From assembly GCF_023055435.1 (NCBI RefSeq), contig NW_025963909.1:1-64000 (forward strand): 64,000 bases of DNA, read 5' to 3'. Of the stretch, positions 24,068-35,852 are shown piece by piece. Positions within the stretch are counted from its first letter, which is position 1. Every line of letters begins with the position of its first letter. The DNA comes from Haliotis rufescens. Taxonomy: Eukaryota. The position numbers and the translations under genes were made by a program. The notes beneath the pieces were generated by a model. That model saw only the letters and a list, made by a program, of their open reading frames with translations. It was not told where the DNA came from and did not search any database.

Positions 24068-24379
24068 ATGGATGTTTGCGGACGATTTGAAGATATTGCT
24101 AACGATTGTTCATTGATTTCAACCAATGCTGAAGTGTATGGGGATAGCTTTTGTGAGAGATTAAAGTCCTTCGCCAGTTGGCCCGTGCAAATGAAACAGT
24201 CTCTGAAGACTATGGCACAAGCAGGATTCATTTACACGGGTCAATCAGATAAAGTCTACTGTTTCATGTGTCGATTGCGTGTACATAAATGGATGCCAGA
24301 AGATGAACCACTAACTGAACATTTCAGGTTATCACCTCAGTGTAGTTACATAAACGTGATAGCTTCTAATACCGAATGA
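24068..24379 (+). CDS. Single-BIR inhibitor-of-apoptosis-like protein (element cargo)
   Basis: ERLKSFASWP...MAQAGFIYTG..DKVYCFMC...W...DEPLTEHFRLSPQC matches the BIR CX2CX16HX6C pattern; no RING. Confidence 0.9.
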   Translation: MDVCGRFEDIANDCSLISTNAEVYGDSFCERLKSFASWPVQMKQSLKTMAQAGFIYTGQSDKVYCFMCRLRVHKWMPEDEPLTEHFRLSPQCSYINVIASNTE

Positions 24380-24486
24380 GAGACATCGGCTATTGTGTAT
24401 GAGGAATATTAGGGTCTAAGCATACATATATAAAAGTCACAATAACCTAGTTGGATCATTTCACATCGTGATCTCTTCACATCAAT

Positions 24487-24945
24487 ATGGGTGATTTACT
24501 GGAAAAACATCTGTCTTTTCTTCAGACACTACTGCAGGCTAATGTGAAGCAGAGGAAAGCTTTACTTCAATATGTGTCATGTGAACAAATGCATGCTATT
24601 AATAGCATGATGTTAAACACTTTGAAAGGGAATATTCCGCTCTCACTGATGGATAAAACTCGCTTGCACCGTCATAGGTTTCACATTAGAACATTGGCTG
24701 CCAAAGAAGGTTTTCCCAATCGGATTAAAAAGGAGGTGTTGATAAGACATCATTCGATCTTGCCTATTTGCATTGCTGCACTGTTAGATTACCTACATCA
24801 TGAGCAGACCTATGGTTCTCCTGAACAGGAACACATACCAACGCCTGATAGACAACCAGGAAAAGGAGAAGACAGCGACTCAGGAACAACAACAACAACA
24901 GATAATGACTCCGGATCGGGAGACGAGTCCTCTGAGACTGAATGA
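24487..24945 (+). CDS. Conserved Polinton-type small helical basic protein
   Basis: HLSFLQTL...KQRKALL...QMHAI...LNTLKGNIPLS resembles the small ORF typical of animal Mavericks; TATA tatataaaag near 24427. Confidence 0.65.
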   Translation: MGDLLEKHLSFLQTLLQANVKQRKALLQYVSCEQMHAINSMMLNTLKGNIPLSLMDKTRLHRHRFHIRTLAAKEGFPNRIKKEVLIRHHSILPICIAALLDYLHHEQTYGSPEQEHIPTPDRQPGKGEDSDSGTTTTTDNDSGSGDESSETE

Positions 24946-25327
24946 GACCCCTGAAAAAATCACCCATGATGAAGCACAGATTAAAGCGAATACGAACTTG
25001 ATTCTGGATCTACTTCTTAAGGATGTGTCATTAACTAAAACGATTGGCAAACTCACCAAACTATGGTACTTTATCAGGGATCAGATCAGAAACGCTCACT
25101 TCAGACTGAATGATCAGTTAGAAATTGTGTTAGATAATGAGAATGTGTAGATCGGAACTAACGTTATTGACCTCATTCGTTTTACTGTGATGCATCGTGG
25201 GGCTGTTCCTACAGGCTACCGTGACTTTCTCAAACTTTTAAAAATGCTCCATGTACCAAAGCGGCTTTTGTAGAAGCCAGATGCAAAGAAAAAGAACGAC
25301 AAAAGAAAGAAGGCAAAATCATCTTGA
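24800..25327 (+). pseudogene. Conserved Polinton-type ORF interrupted by premature stops
   Basis: Starts MSRPMVLL...YQRL; the frame continues past the TAG at 25148 as IGTNVIDLIRFTV...PTGYRDFLKLLKMLHVPKRLL, completing an (L/W)ND..EIV.D....G.N..DL motif seen in Maverick ORFs. Confidence 0.6.
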
Positions 25328-26044
25328 TATCTAAAACGACAAGCACAACATGGTGTGCCCGGTGCTAATACTACTGCAAAATTAAGAAAACTACAGTCTT
25401 TCTAACTGTACATGCACATTGAATTCATGACATGTATTCTATGTAACTTTCTGATTGTAAAGCAATAAAATAATGCTAACACATGCGTCTTTAGTTATTA
25501 CTATCTTCCATGTTCATGAGGACTCTGAGCTGCAGCTCAAGTCTTTCTTTTTTGTCATCACAGAAGAAATGTCTATGCATATAATCCGAGTCATTGTAAC
25601 GCACAGTGTGCTGGTCCTGAAACTCTAGCCCAAGGCTTACCCTCTGTTCTTGGCTTTTTCCAAGATGGTATGAAGGGGCAGCTCATTCACTGCACGATCA
25701 AAGTATTGAGTAATACACTCGTCACAAACTATACATTTTGGAGCTCTATAGAAATATAAGTTCAAACTTAAGTGCAAACAGCTGCACACAATGAACATGA
25801 GTGGTGTGGCTGCTATTCAAAACAGTTTCAGATTGCTTCAAGACAGATGTATCAAGCGGGTGTATAATAGGGTAGTACTAAGAACTGCTGAATCACCTTG
25901 ACCGAGTACACAAGCTATACAATATTTTTAAGAAAATGTTTACCATGGGATGGTACTGAAAACGTGACACTTTAAAAGCACAGGTGTTCCATTATGAAAG
26001 ACTACATAAAAGGGATACACTTAATGAAAGAGCCGTATAGAGAG

Positions 26045-26388
26045 GTGGTGAGGTGAGGTGAAATTGGGTTTAACGTCGCGTCCAAGATTATTGCACTTAT
26101 ATAGCGACGTGCATGCACGTGTGTGTGTGTGTGTGTATATGTGTGGCTGCTTGTACTAGTCCGGACTGATGCCGATTTATAGTGCTAGCTCACTGAGATA
26201 CCGTCCTGCAGTTTAACATGAATACCCCACTCAGACACAGTATAGTGACTCCGAGCCAACCAGTCCTTGTTTTAGCCCCTTAATGTCGAGCGCCAGACAG
26301 GGTAACAACAAGTACCATCTTTTAACGTCTTTTGGTATGACGCGGCCGGGGATCAAACCCCGGACCTTCCGCTCTCCGGGCGGACGCT
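26045..26388 (-). mobile_element. SINE family A inserted in the Maverick
   Basis: 13-bp TSD gccgtatagagag at 26032-26044 and 26389-26401; body matches the other family A copies. Confidence 0.88.
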
Positions 26389-26758
26389 GCCGTATAGAGA
26401 GTGTGTTACTAAAAACTCGATATTGATTAAAAATGAGAGAGTAACAAGTGGTGGCTTTGTGGATTCGTTCTTGTTAAGTCAATAGGGCTGCTGTCTGGTC
26501 AAACAGAAATCTAGAAAACGTACTAATTAAAAATCGTATGCCATCACTCACAAGCAAAGTATAGTGAGTCAGAAGTATATGTATACACCATGTGTATGCG
26601 AGGTGTAACAGTTGATACCATTTGAAAAGAACAAGGCAACATAATGAAGTAGTTTTTCCCGTGAGAAAGTGACAACATGCTGAATCACCTTTCTTGCAGA
26701 GTGAATATAAATATAACGTGTTAGTGGTTCATTTCGGGAGAAGACACTTTACTCGAAA

Positions 26759-26974
26759 ATGTCTGACAATCACATCCACACTACGTTTGAGTGGGCTGCT
26801 GGCCATTGGCTGTCCATCAACTTGTTCCGTGATGATGCTTGGGTGCATCTTTCAAACTACAACAGCAAAAAGGAAAGGAAACCCATTTCCTTGAAAAGCA
26901 GTGTATTTAGAAAACTGACTGAAGATCGCGAACAAATTCTATCTGCTTTGGAGGACTATTTCAAGTGCTTTGGC

Positions 26975-27004
<30 letters not shown>
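26759..27004 (+). CDS. PC4/Sub1-like ssDNA-binding protein (putative)
   Basis: F....HWLSINLFRDDAWVHL..Y....KPISL...VF..L....EQI..AL resembles the PC4 core; TATA at ~26707; 3' end runs into (TAT)n. Confidence 0.5.
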
Positions 27005-27005
<1 letters not shown>

Positions 27006-28133
27006 TTATCCTTCCTTTTCAGCCATCGTGGGGTACAATGCTCAGTGAGACGAGAAAGGAAAAGACTGCTTCGGCGTAGATTGCATCGCGGGTATTATCG
27101 ACACATACGCGAGCATCTCACTGTGTTTTCTAAAATAAAAGCATATTTTTAATCAGAATGTGTGTATGTTTTATGTTTCAATTCGCAGTTATTCGCTCTC
27201 ATGGTCTATCAATGTGATATGAGCCACTAGTGTGATACGAGTTACCTCCCTTGGATCACGAGGGCAGGCCGCTCGCTTCACCCGTCTTTCGGTGTATGTA
27301 TTCATGCCAGCCAGCATTCATTGTTTCTTCACTGTCAATAGTGTATTACCTCCCTTACACCGGTAAGCCGTTCGTCTGCAGGTATCCGGTGTAGCCGAAC
27401 GGTTTGACCGTTGTTTTTCCAGCTAAGTTTACTACATGATGATATATAAGAAGAAATTAAATCCAGCCATGTACAATTGATGGAATAAATATGATTAAAC
27501 CAAATATGAACTGAGCGAATGGTTAATTCAAACGGAATATATGGAGGAATGATTAATGAAACAGTGTTGTACAGTCATAAGGTAAGTTCACTTATTTTCA
27601 TTATTACTATTACATCAATTAGTTTGTGTCATAAAGCAGAAAACATACGAATTACACATCTGCAGATGGGTATAATGTATACTTTCTACTCAAGTTCTAA
27701 CATAATGGCGAACACAAGTAACAGCGATATTATCTAGTTGGTGATCGCCTGAAAGCAACATTTAACCCTTAATGTTACGTTAGCACACTGAAACAGATAA
27801 AAAGTTAAAGAGTGATAGAAATGTTAATAGATAAAGGTTAATAGATATAGGTGAATGAATACCGCTATAAACAATAACATAATATTTTAACACTTAGTGA
27901 AACGTGAATGAAGTAGAGAAAAATGTTTATAAATGAATTGACATCGGTGAAAGGGTTAACAGGTTCAGCGGCTAAAACCCACACACGAATAGATTTACTC
28001 TTGCGTGTAAAGCGTGGGTGAGAGAGCTACCCCTAGTGTATTGATACTAATGTGCGGTGACATAGTTACATGTTTGAACAGAGCGAATATATACAGAGCC
28101 AGCCTTACTGCTAGTCTCCTTTAGCAAAATTTG

Positions 28134-28392
28134 CTTCTATTGTGTGAAAGGTATTGACTGGCCTCTGTGGTATGCTCCACAAGAATGCTTTTGTTTGTTT
28201 CTTTACTCTAACGCTCCACAGGAATGCTTTTGTTTGTTTCTTTACTCTACGCTCCACAGAAATGCTTTTGTTAGAAAAATTCCATGCTCCACAGGAATTT
28301 GTTGAAATTCTATGCTCCACAGGAATGCTTTTGTTGGTGCTCCACGCTCCACAGGAATGCTTTTGTCCGGAAGGTATTACTTTCTCTCTACT
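28134..28392 (-). repeat. Right TIR of the Maverick
   Basis: Reverse complement of the left TIR with a different number of internal tandem units. Confidence 0.92.
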
Positions 28393-29072
28393 ACCGCTCT
28401 CAATGCGTCATATTACCACTCTCGAAAAAAAGGGCAATCGTGGTGTATAAGATAACACTGAAAAAGTAGTCAACTTGACATGCATGTCTTTAGATGCTTG
28501 CTACAACAGCTTTATTAATCACAGCGAAGTAGATTTCGCTTGACAAAATATTATCGCTCCGCTCTTATATGTAAATGTACCTGGGAATCTATGCACTGCA
28601 TAGACATTTGCATTTATCCTAAATGACTGGCTTTCCTTTGTTTCGAAGTTCTAAACAACGAAAGTAGCTCTTCTTGTCTCGCCTCTATCTATAAAGAGAA
28701 GCCAACTCATCAACTTCAGCGAATTCAGCCTGGTTCCCTGGGTATGTAGAACAAGCGCAGCATACCCAGGGACCAGGCTGGAGTGAATTTTGAGTGATTA
28801 TTTTACGGCGCTTCACGTCTTTCGCACGTCGATGTTAATGGCGTAAACATAGATAATATTGCTAAAACAGTCAACACTGTCGTCGTGGTTTTCAGATTGA
28901 ACCCATGTCAAGGAAATAGAGTTGTGAATACATGAGATTTCAGGTTATAATTGTTTAATGTCGTTACAGCACGGAAAATAACATTTATGGCAGTGACCTT
29001 CACCCCTTAACATATCCGGTTGTAAGAAAGACGTGTGAGTTTTAAAAACATTTACATTTGTTTTAATTCATA

Positions 29073-32000
29073 ATGAAAGGGGTAGAAAAGAAGGGATGTG
29101 AAGCGATCTTACGTAAACTTGACCAAGAAGAAGTTATGTCATTGAAAGACACTGTCACAAAGCGGCAGATTGCAGCTGAAAATAAAACAGGTTTGTAGGC
29201 TAGAACTCCAAATGGCCTCATGTCGTCATGACGGAAGATAGGCTACACATTAACTGTATAGGATGTAGGACTACTGCACTTTACCATGCTTATTGGACTA
29301 TTTATATCTTGCAAGTGTTGAAACATTGCGGGTACCGATCGGAATTTCCGGCTTGTCTAAGGCTACATGGGAAGGTGCTGTCGTTCCCATGTACCGTGCA
29401 TAGCGCAAAAGATACGAGTGTCTGTGGTCCCATGCAGAGGAGCAAATGCTGGTTATGCGATAAATAAATCCAAATTAATTTACAAATTTATCATTGTCTC
29501 CTGATTTGGGTCTGAAATGAACCTGTTGAAACTAAGGGTAATTTGTTATTCTAATTAGCCAACACTTTACCATGGTTGATATCACAAATAATTAGTGCAC
29601 TTATAGCCTACCTGATGATCAGCGTCTGATTGTTTACCTAGATGCACTTGCAGGGTAGCCATTTTTTTCCTCAAACTTGAAAGTTCATTTACATGACATG
29701 GGTTTACTTTAAAATAATTAAATTTTCGTTGTGTTCATTGCAACTCATACAATCTGATAAGCTGAATTGGTCACGTGTTATTGCATTCATTTCCCAATGA
29801 AGGTAAATGATTAAGCCACGCCCACGCCACGCTTAATATTACAGTCGAGGGAATGCCCTTTCTGCTCGTGTGTATTGTCATGCACAGGGCATATAGCGAA
29901 ATTCATTCATATTCATTGTCCAAACAACCCTTTGAGACCGAATGCAGAGAAGGAATGAAAAAGCAAATGATCAGGCTCGCTCGACTGTTATTTTTCCCGC
30001 TCGCCTCGATTCCACAATTTTCATGTCTTCAGGTTTTATTCCTAATTGGCATTTTCCTTGTGTGTCTTCCTGTTCTCCAGGAACAAATGTTTGAATCTGG
30101 CAGTAACTGACCATGTCATATGAAACACCCGCCTTCTCCCGGGAAATATCTGTTCCGGTTTGTTCAGTCTTACTGTTGCAGTTCTTCTCACCTCTTGCCT
30201 TGATTGACAGTTCCTATGAACATTGTTTGGATCCTACTCTCCATTGATTGGCTACTGACTTTGTACACCTGTCAAGTTATGTGCATAAACTAAACAATCA
30301 CCTGATTCATGTCATGCCACAGTATGTATTCCTACACCTGGAGTATTTATCAATCTCGGCATTTTTGTCTGCTTTGATATATACAAATGTGTTTGGTTAA
30401 TCTATTGGAGATGTTTTCATTGTCAAATTTAATTATAAGGATTAACTGTGAATTTTTTTCGGTTAATTGAGGTTTTTCGACTCCTACCTCAATGAACCCC
30501 CCAAAATACACAGTCAATCCTTAATTACAATGTATTACTTCATTTAAAAGGGTGAGATTCCTAACCCTAATCCTGAGGCTTGTAAACGATAGTGTCCTTA
30601 GTCATCAGGATAAGGAATTATCGACTGAGTTAACTCCCTTGCGGCATGGCATGTTGTCTGCTGATCAAACCAGATTTTTTGCTATTATTGTTAACAGTTT
30701 GGCATTGGATATGTACATCAATACCATGATTGCACTGTTTTTTTGTGGTTATTATCATGATTATAGTACATTATCAGGATACGCTTCTTTTCCATCAAGA
30801 TTGCCTTCTGTAACATGTGGTTGATGCATGTCATCGTATCCCATTGCGTGGATCGATGCTCGTGATGTCAATCGCTGGATTGTCTGGTCCAGACTTGATT
30901 ATTTACAGACCGCCGTCATATAGCCGAAATATTGCTCAGTGCGGCGTTAAATAACAAACAAACCAAACAAATCTGAAACGTGTGATGGAAATCTATTTGC
31001 AGATGCCATTCGTGCTATAATAACATACAGTGAAACATCGGGTGAGCTGCTGAGGAGGAAGAAGATTCGCAGGGAGCTGTTGTTCCAGTACCTCGATGAC
31101 AACAATGTTCCCGTCTCAGTGAATGCTGAAAAACACCAGTTAATCCTGAAAATACTGGAGTACTGGGGTGTCAGTGTCAGCAATGGTACCCAAAACAAAC
31201 AGGTATGCTAGATTTATGAATCAGAACAGACTTTTTGTATACATGGTATGACCTACCAGTCACTCCACCCCACACACAGGTCAGTAGATGAATGATATGA
31301 AATTTTACCTTCTTTACCAGCCAAACATTTTCTTCTTTATGCTGTTTTATGTTATAGCATTGAAAACAATCATCAAAATAATAGATAATTTATTTACTTG
31401 GCATATGTGTGCTTGAAACTGTATTGATGCTCAGGATCTTCTGTTTAATATTTGAACTATGATGCCCAGGAATCTGTCATATTAATTCTGTTGTCACCAC
31501 AGAATATGTTGGAAGTTTTACTGGAATATCCAACTGATAATCATGATAATGATAAGCCAATTTATGATTTATCAGATTCCAGTCACCAAGTGGGGCCAAG
31601 GGTGATTGTGGTTCCAATCCCAGTTCGCCCCAATTCTAAGTTTGTGTCAGCACAATACCAATGTTCGTAAAAGTCTTGAGGCCTACATCACTTTAGACCT
31701 TCCTCTCAAATAAGCTGACATACTATGATAAAACTGGATTGCTGTTAAAAGTGTTGTTAAACCCAATTCACTCACTCACTCCCATTCACCAAGTGGATGC
31801 TCATAGTGCTATGTTAATATTAGTCCGGTCAATGGATCAGTGTGCAGTCAAATTTCATTCTCAGCTCTCTGAGGAGTATTTAATCAAAGTGTTTAGACAT
31901 TGTTTACAAATTAGGTGTTAAAACATTGTAGCTTAAACATGTTACATCAATGAGAAGGATGAATCTGGCTAAATCAAACACTTTATCAATCTGTGTACTG

Positions 32001-34204
32001 GCTGGCGACCATTCTCCCGGAGGACCAATTATCGCCAACTCACCGTCATGGTGCACACGTGATAGCATCTGGTTTTACTTTTGCTCGATTTCATTCGAAG
32101 AGAAGAATATTTGTCCAAAAGTGATGAAAAAAACCAACTCTTGTGAAGAAAGATTAAAAAACCAAACCATATATAATCACCTTATTCAATTACAATTTTG
32201 GAAGAGATGTGCACACAGTGTTACATGACTAATTCGGGCATACAGTAAAACCCAGACACGATGATGCATTTTCAGTTGTCATAACTTACTATCTGTCATT
32301 TCTTCCCCAAATTACAATTCCTCTTCAACTATTTGTCCATAAATGCATAACCCTGTTTATATCGTGAAATCATTAGTACAGGGTGTTGAGGATTAGCATG
32401 TGTAAATCGAATTTGAGGACTATTGGTGTACGTCAGTTTGCAGACGACAAATTGATAAAAGCATTTCTTATTAATTGTAATGAATATAAAAATTGAATGT
32501 GACATGTAATTTGTGTAACTGAAGCTGTCCACGTGATTACGTGGCACATGCTGTTTAGATGATGGCAATTACTGGTACAGTTGGTCGTTAGGAAATTTCT
32601 GTTTCCACGGTTTTGATCCCTGTTGTCGCATTGAAACAGAAATCTACGGATTTTCTTTTTCCACAGACAGAAACACACGCATTTCCTCATAGTTCCACAC
32701 AAATCAAAGTTATTTGCAGTTAACTTTGTGCATGTAATATTTCAGAAATAACATTGAATAAATGGTGATAACTAGTCAGTGACCAGTACATCTTTACATC
32801 AATACATGGTGCAGGTGCACAATTTCTGAAACAGGTGCATCTTATCGCTGTATATGTCTGACTTATCCTGTAACCATGGTAACAACTAGCTAGTTTCAGT
32901 TTCACATAGAATCTTTCAGTCAGACACATAACGTCATGAAGTGTAACATTGATTCATACAGATACAGGGCAGTCGTGTAGCCTAGTGGTTAAAAGCGTTT
33001 GCTCATCACGCCGAAGACCCGGGTTCGATTCCCGTCATGGGTACAATGTGTGAAGCCCATTTCTGGTGTCCCCCCGCTGTGATATTGCTGGAATATTGCT
33101 AAAAGCGGTGTAAAACCAAACTCACTCACTCATACAGATACAGGACATAGTCATAGATAGGGAATAGTTGCTTCAGAGCTGTTCCCTTCTTGTTGTAGCC
33201 AGACTGAAAATCCTTTTACCTGACTGAAATTCATGTGAGCTTATGTCTTGGCGCATTGTCATTCATTTGTCTGTACAAGGCCTATGAACACAATGAAGCA
33301 GAAATATTGCAAGTATGGTCCTTGCTATGGTGTCTTTTACAAGATGGCGACTGGTCATTCAGACAGCTGGATTTTATTATGAGCAATGATAAGTTGTTTT
33401 TTGTTGGTTTCACAGGCTAACAGTGCAGGTGGAGACTTCAGTCACAGCACGACAGAATGTCAGACAGATGTTCCCAGCAGGACGTCCAGTGGAACCCAGT
33501 CACCGCCTCCTGACGCTGCAGCCAAACACTCCATGGCAACCCAGGCTGGAGAAACACCTCCAGATACACAGATGCAGCTGCGGCAACAGCATCAGCCTGT
33601 TCCAGTACCTGTTCCTTTAGTCCTCGACCTTCAGGAAGATGAAGCATCCTCTGTGGTAGTCCCACCACCTGCTGCAGCAATGAGACTCCAGCCTCAACCC
33701 GAACATCAAAAGCTTGGAGAAACGTTTGTGTCGTGGTTCTACAAGATACTGAACTCGCACAATCCATCATTGAATCAGGTTCCCGAGGATTTTGGTCCAC
33801 ATCACTTCTGGAATGATGTGAAGTTGTATCTGCTGACTCGAACTCCTCATGAGAGCAGTGAGGAATATGAAGGAGGTGTATTGGTGTCACAGAGGTTCCT
33901 GGCTTTAGTGAAGGAAGAGCAGCTCCTGTTCAATCCTAACGTCACTGGAGATGGGGTGCAGGTCAAGTCTGATCCTCATGGACTGGTCATAATCATGGTG
34001 TGTGGAACAATTCACAGGAGTAATGATTGCCTAGGGGTCTTTCAACAAATGTTTGGGTTAATAGGTGATCCAAGGTATGACAACAACTGGAAGGTGAAGG
34101 TCACTAAGCTGAGGATTCAGAGCAGTCAAGTGACGTCTATCCCGAGGCTTCAGGACAGTGATAATAACGATTTGTTGGCCGTCATACCTTCTTCCACCAG
34201 ATGA
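29073..34204 (+). CDS. C3orf38: C3orf38-like (DUF4518) protein; exons 29073-29190, 31003-31202, 33416-34204 (368 aa)
   Basis: EKKGCEAILRKLDQEEVMSLKDTVT / DAIRAIITYSETSGELLRRKKIRRELLFQYL / LGETFVSWFYKILNS...FGPHHFW...PHGLVIIMVCGTIH...CLGVFQQMFGLI; GT-AG introns with consistent phases (1, 0); AATAAA near 34229. Confidence 0.9.
30790..30968 (+). mobile_element. SINE-like repeat, family C (3' part)
   Basis: ggattgtctggtccagac...gcggcgttaaataacaaacaaac. Confidence 0.6.
32969..33129 (+). mobile_element. tRNA-derived SINE, family B
   Basis: tagcctagtggtta (A box), gggttcgattccc (B box), (actc)n tail; 15-bp TSD tcatacagatacagg. Confidence 0.88.
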
Positions 34205-34717
34205 TGGATTCTGGTCATATGTGTGCCAAATAAAGTAATGTTGATATGGTGATGGATGCAAACTTGGTCGCTTGAGCTTTATGTTTATTAAATACATGTC
34301 TCTGTGCTAGTGAACTATTTGTATGTATGCATATACTGATGATGCTTATGGAATGGTATATTGTCAGTTTCTGGTTTGCAAGGATTGCTTTCATGGCAGG
34401 TTACCACGGTAACAGTGATATCCAAGTTAACAAAAGCACCTGTTAGCTTTTCAATATGAATATTGAGACAGACAGATCGAATGTTGGCATGGGTAGCCCA
34501 TCTCTTTCCTCACACAAAGATGAGCACACAAGATATACACTCACTCACTTGCACATAAATGAGCCATATTGTCATGATTACAGCACACAAGATATACACT
34601 CACTCACTCACTCAAATGAGCCAATATTATCATGATTACAGCACACAAGATATACACTCACTCACTCAAATGAGCCATATTATGATAATAGCACACAAGA
34701 AATACAAAAGCTCACGT

Positions 34718-35852
34718 AGATGGTAAGCATGTACTAGTATCAGATATGGAAATCATGTAACAGAGATGGTAAGCCTGTATCAGAGTGAGGCTAGGCATGT
34801 GTCAGAGATGTGGAAAGCCTGTATCAGAGATATGGTAAGCATTCATCAAAGATATGGTAAGCATGTATCAGAGAGATGGAAAGCATGTATTGGAGAGAGG
34901 GAAAGCATGTATCAGAGATAGGGAAAGCATGTATCAGAGATAGGGAAAGCATGTATCAGAGAGAGGGAAAGCATGTATCAGAGATGTGGAAAGCATGTAT
35001 CAGAGAGAGGGAAAGCATGTATCAGAGATGTGGAAAGCATGTATCAGAGATATGGTAATAATGTATCAGAGAGAGGGAAAGCATGTATCAGAGAGATGAA
35101 AAGCATGTTTCAGAGAGATGGAAAGCATGTATCGGAGATATGGTAAGCCTGTATCAGAGATGTGGTAAGAATGTATAAGAGAGAGGGAAAGCATGTTTCA
35201 GAGAGATGGAAAGCATGCATCAGAGATATGGTAAGCCTGTATCAGACATATGGCAAGCCTGTATCAGACATATGGTAAGCATGTATGAGAGATATGGTAG
35301 GCATGTATCAGAGAGATGGTAAGCATGTATCAGAGAGATGGGAAGCATTTAACAGAGATGGAAAGCCTGTTACAGATATGGTAAGCATGTATCAGAGATT
35401 GAAAGCATGTAACAGAGATGGAAAGCATGTAACAGAGAGATGGTAAGCATGTATCAGAGATGTGGAAAGCATGTTTCAGAGAGAGGGAAAGCATGTTTCA
35501 GAGATATGGTAAGCCTGTATCAGACATATGGTAAGCATGTATGAGAGATATGGTAAGCATGTATCAGAGAGATGGTAAGCGTGTATCAGAGAGATGGTAA
35601 GCATGTATCAGAGATGGAAAGCATGTAATAGAGATGGAAAACATGTAACAGAGAGATGGAAAGCATGTAACAGAGATATGTTAAGCATGTATCAGAGATG
35701 TGGAAAGCATGTATCAGAGAGAATGAAAGCATGTATCAGAGATGTGGAAAGCATGTATCAGAGAAATGGAAAGCATGTAACAGAGATGGAAAGCATGTAT
35801 CAGAGAGAGGGAAAGCATGTATCAGAGATGTAGTAAGCATGTATCGGAGAGA
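34718..35852. repeat. Minisatellite, ~21-23-bp unit
   Basis: gagatggaaagcatgtatcaga repeated about 50 times. Confidence 0.93.

Larger units (their letters stand above)
17555..28392 (+). mobile_element. Maverick/Polinton-type endogenous virus, 10,838 bp, no pPolB
   Basis: Termini AGTAGAGAGAAAGTAATACCTTCCGG...CCGGAAGGTATTACTTTCTCTCTACT; 6-bp TSD ACCGCT at 17549-17554 and 28393-28398; integrase, capsid, protease and ATPase genes inside. Confidence 0.96.

Noticed and set aside
27150-28130. Possible pPolB remnant or Helitron 3' end (hairpin plus CTAG near 28033)
   Set aside because: No polymerase motifs seen by eye, AT-rich with only short ORFs, weak hairpin; needs a tBLASTN check
32969-33040. 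tRNA genes at SINE heads (also 37381, 39230, 15300, 48410)
   Set aside because: A and B boxes continue into shared SINE bodies with tails and TSDs; these are not stand-alone tRNAs
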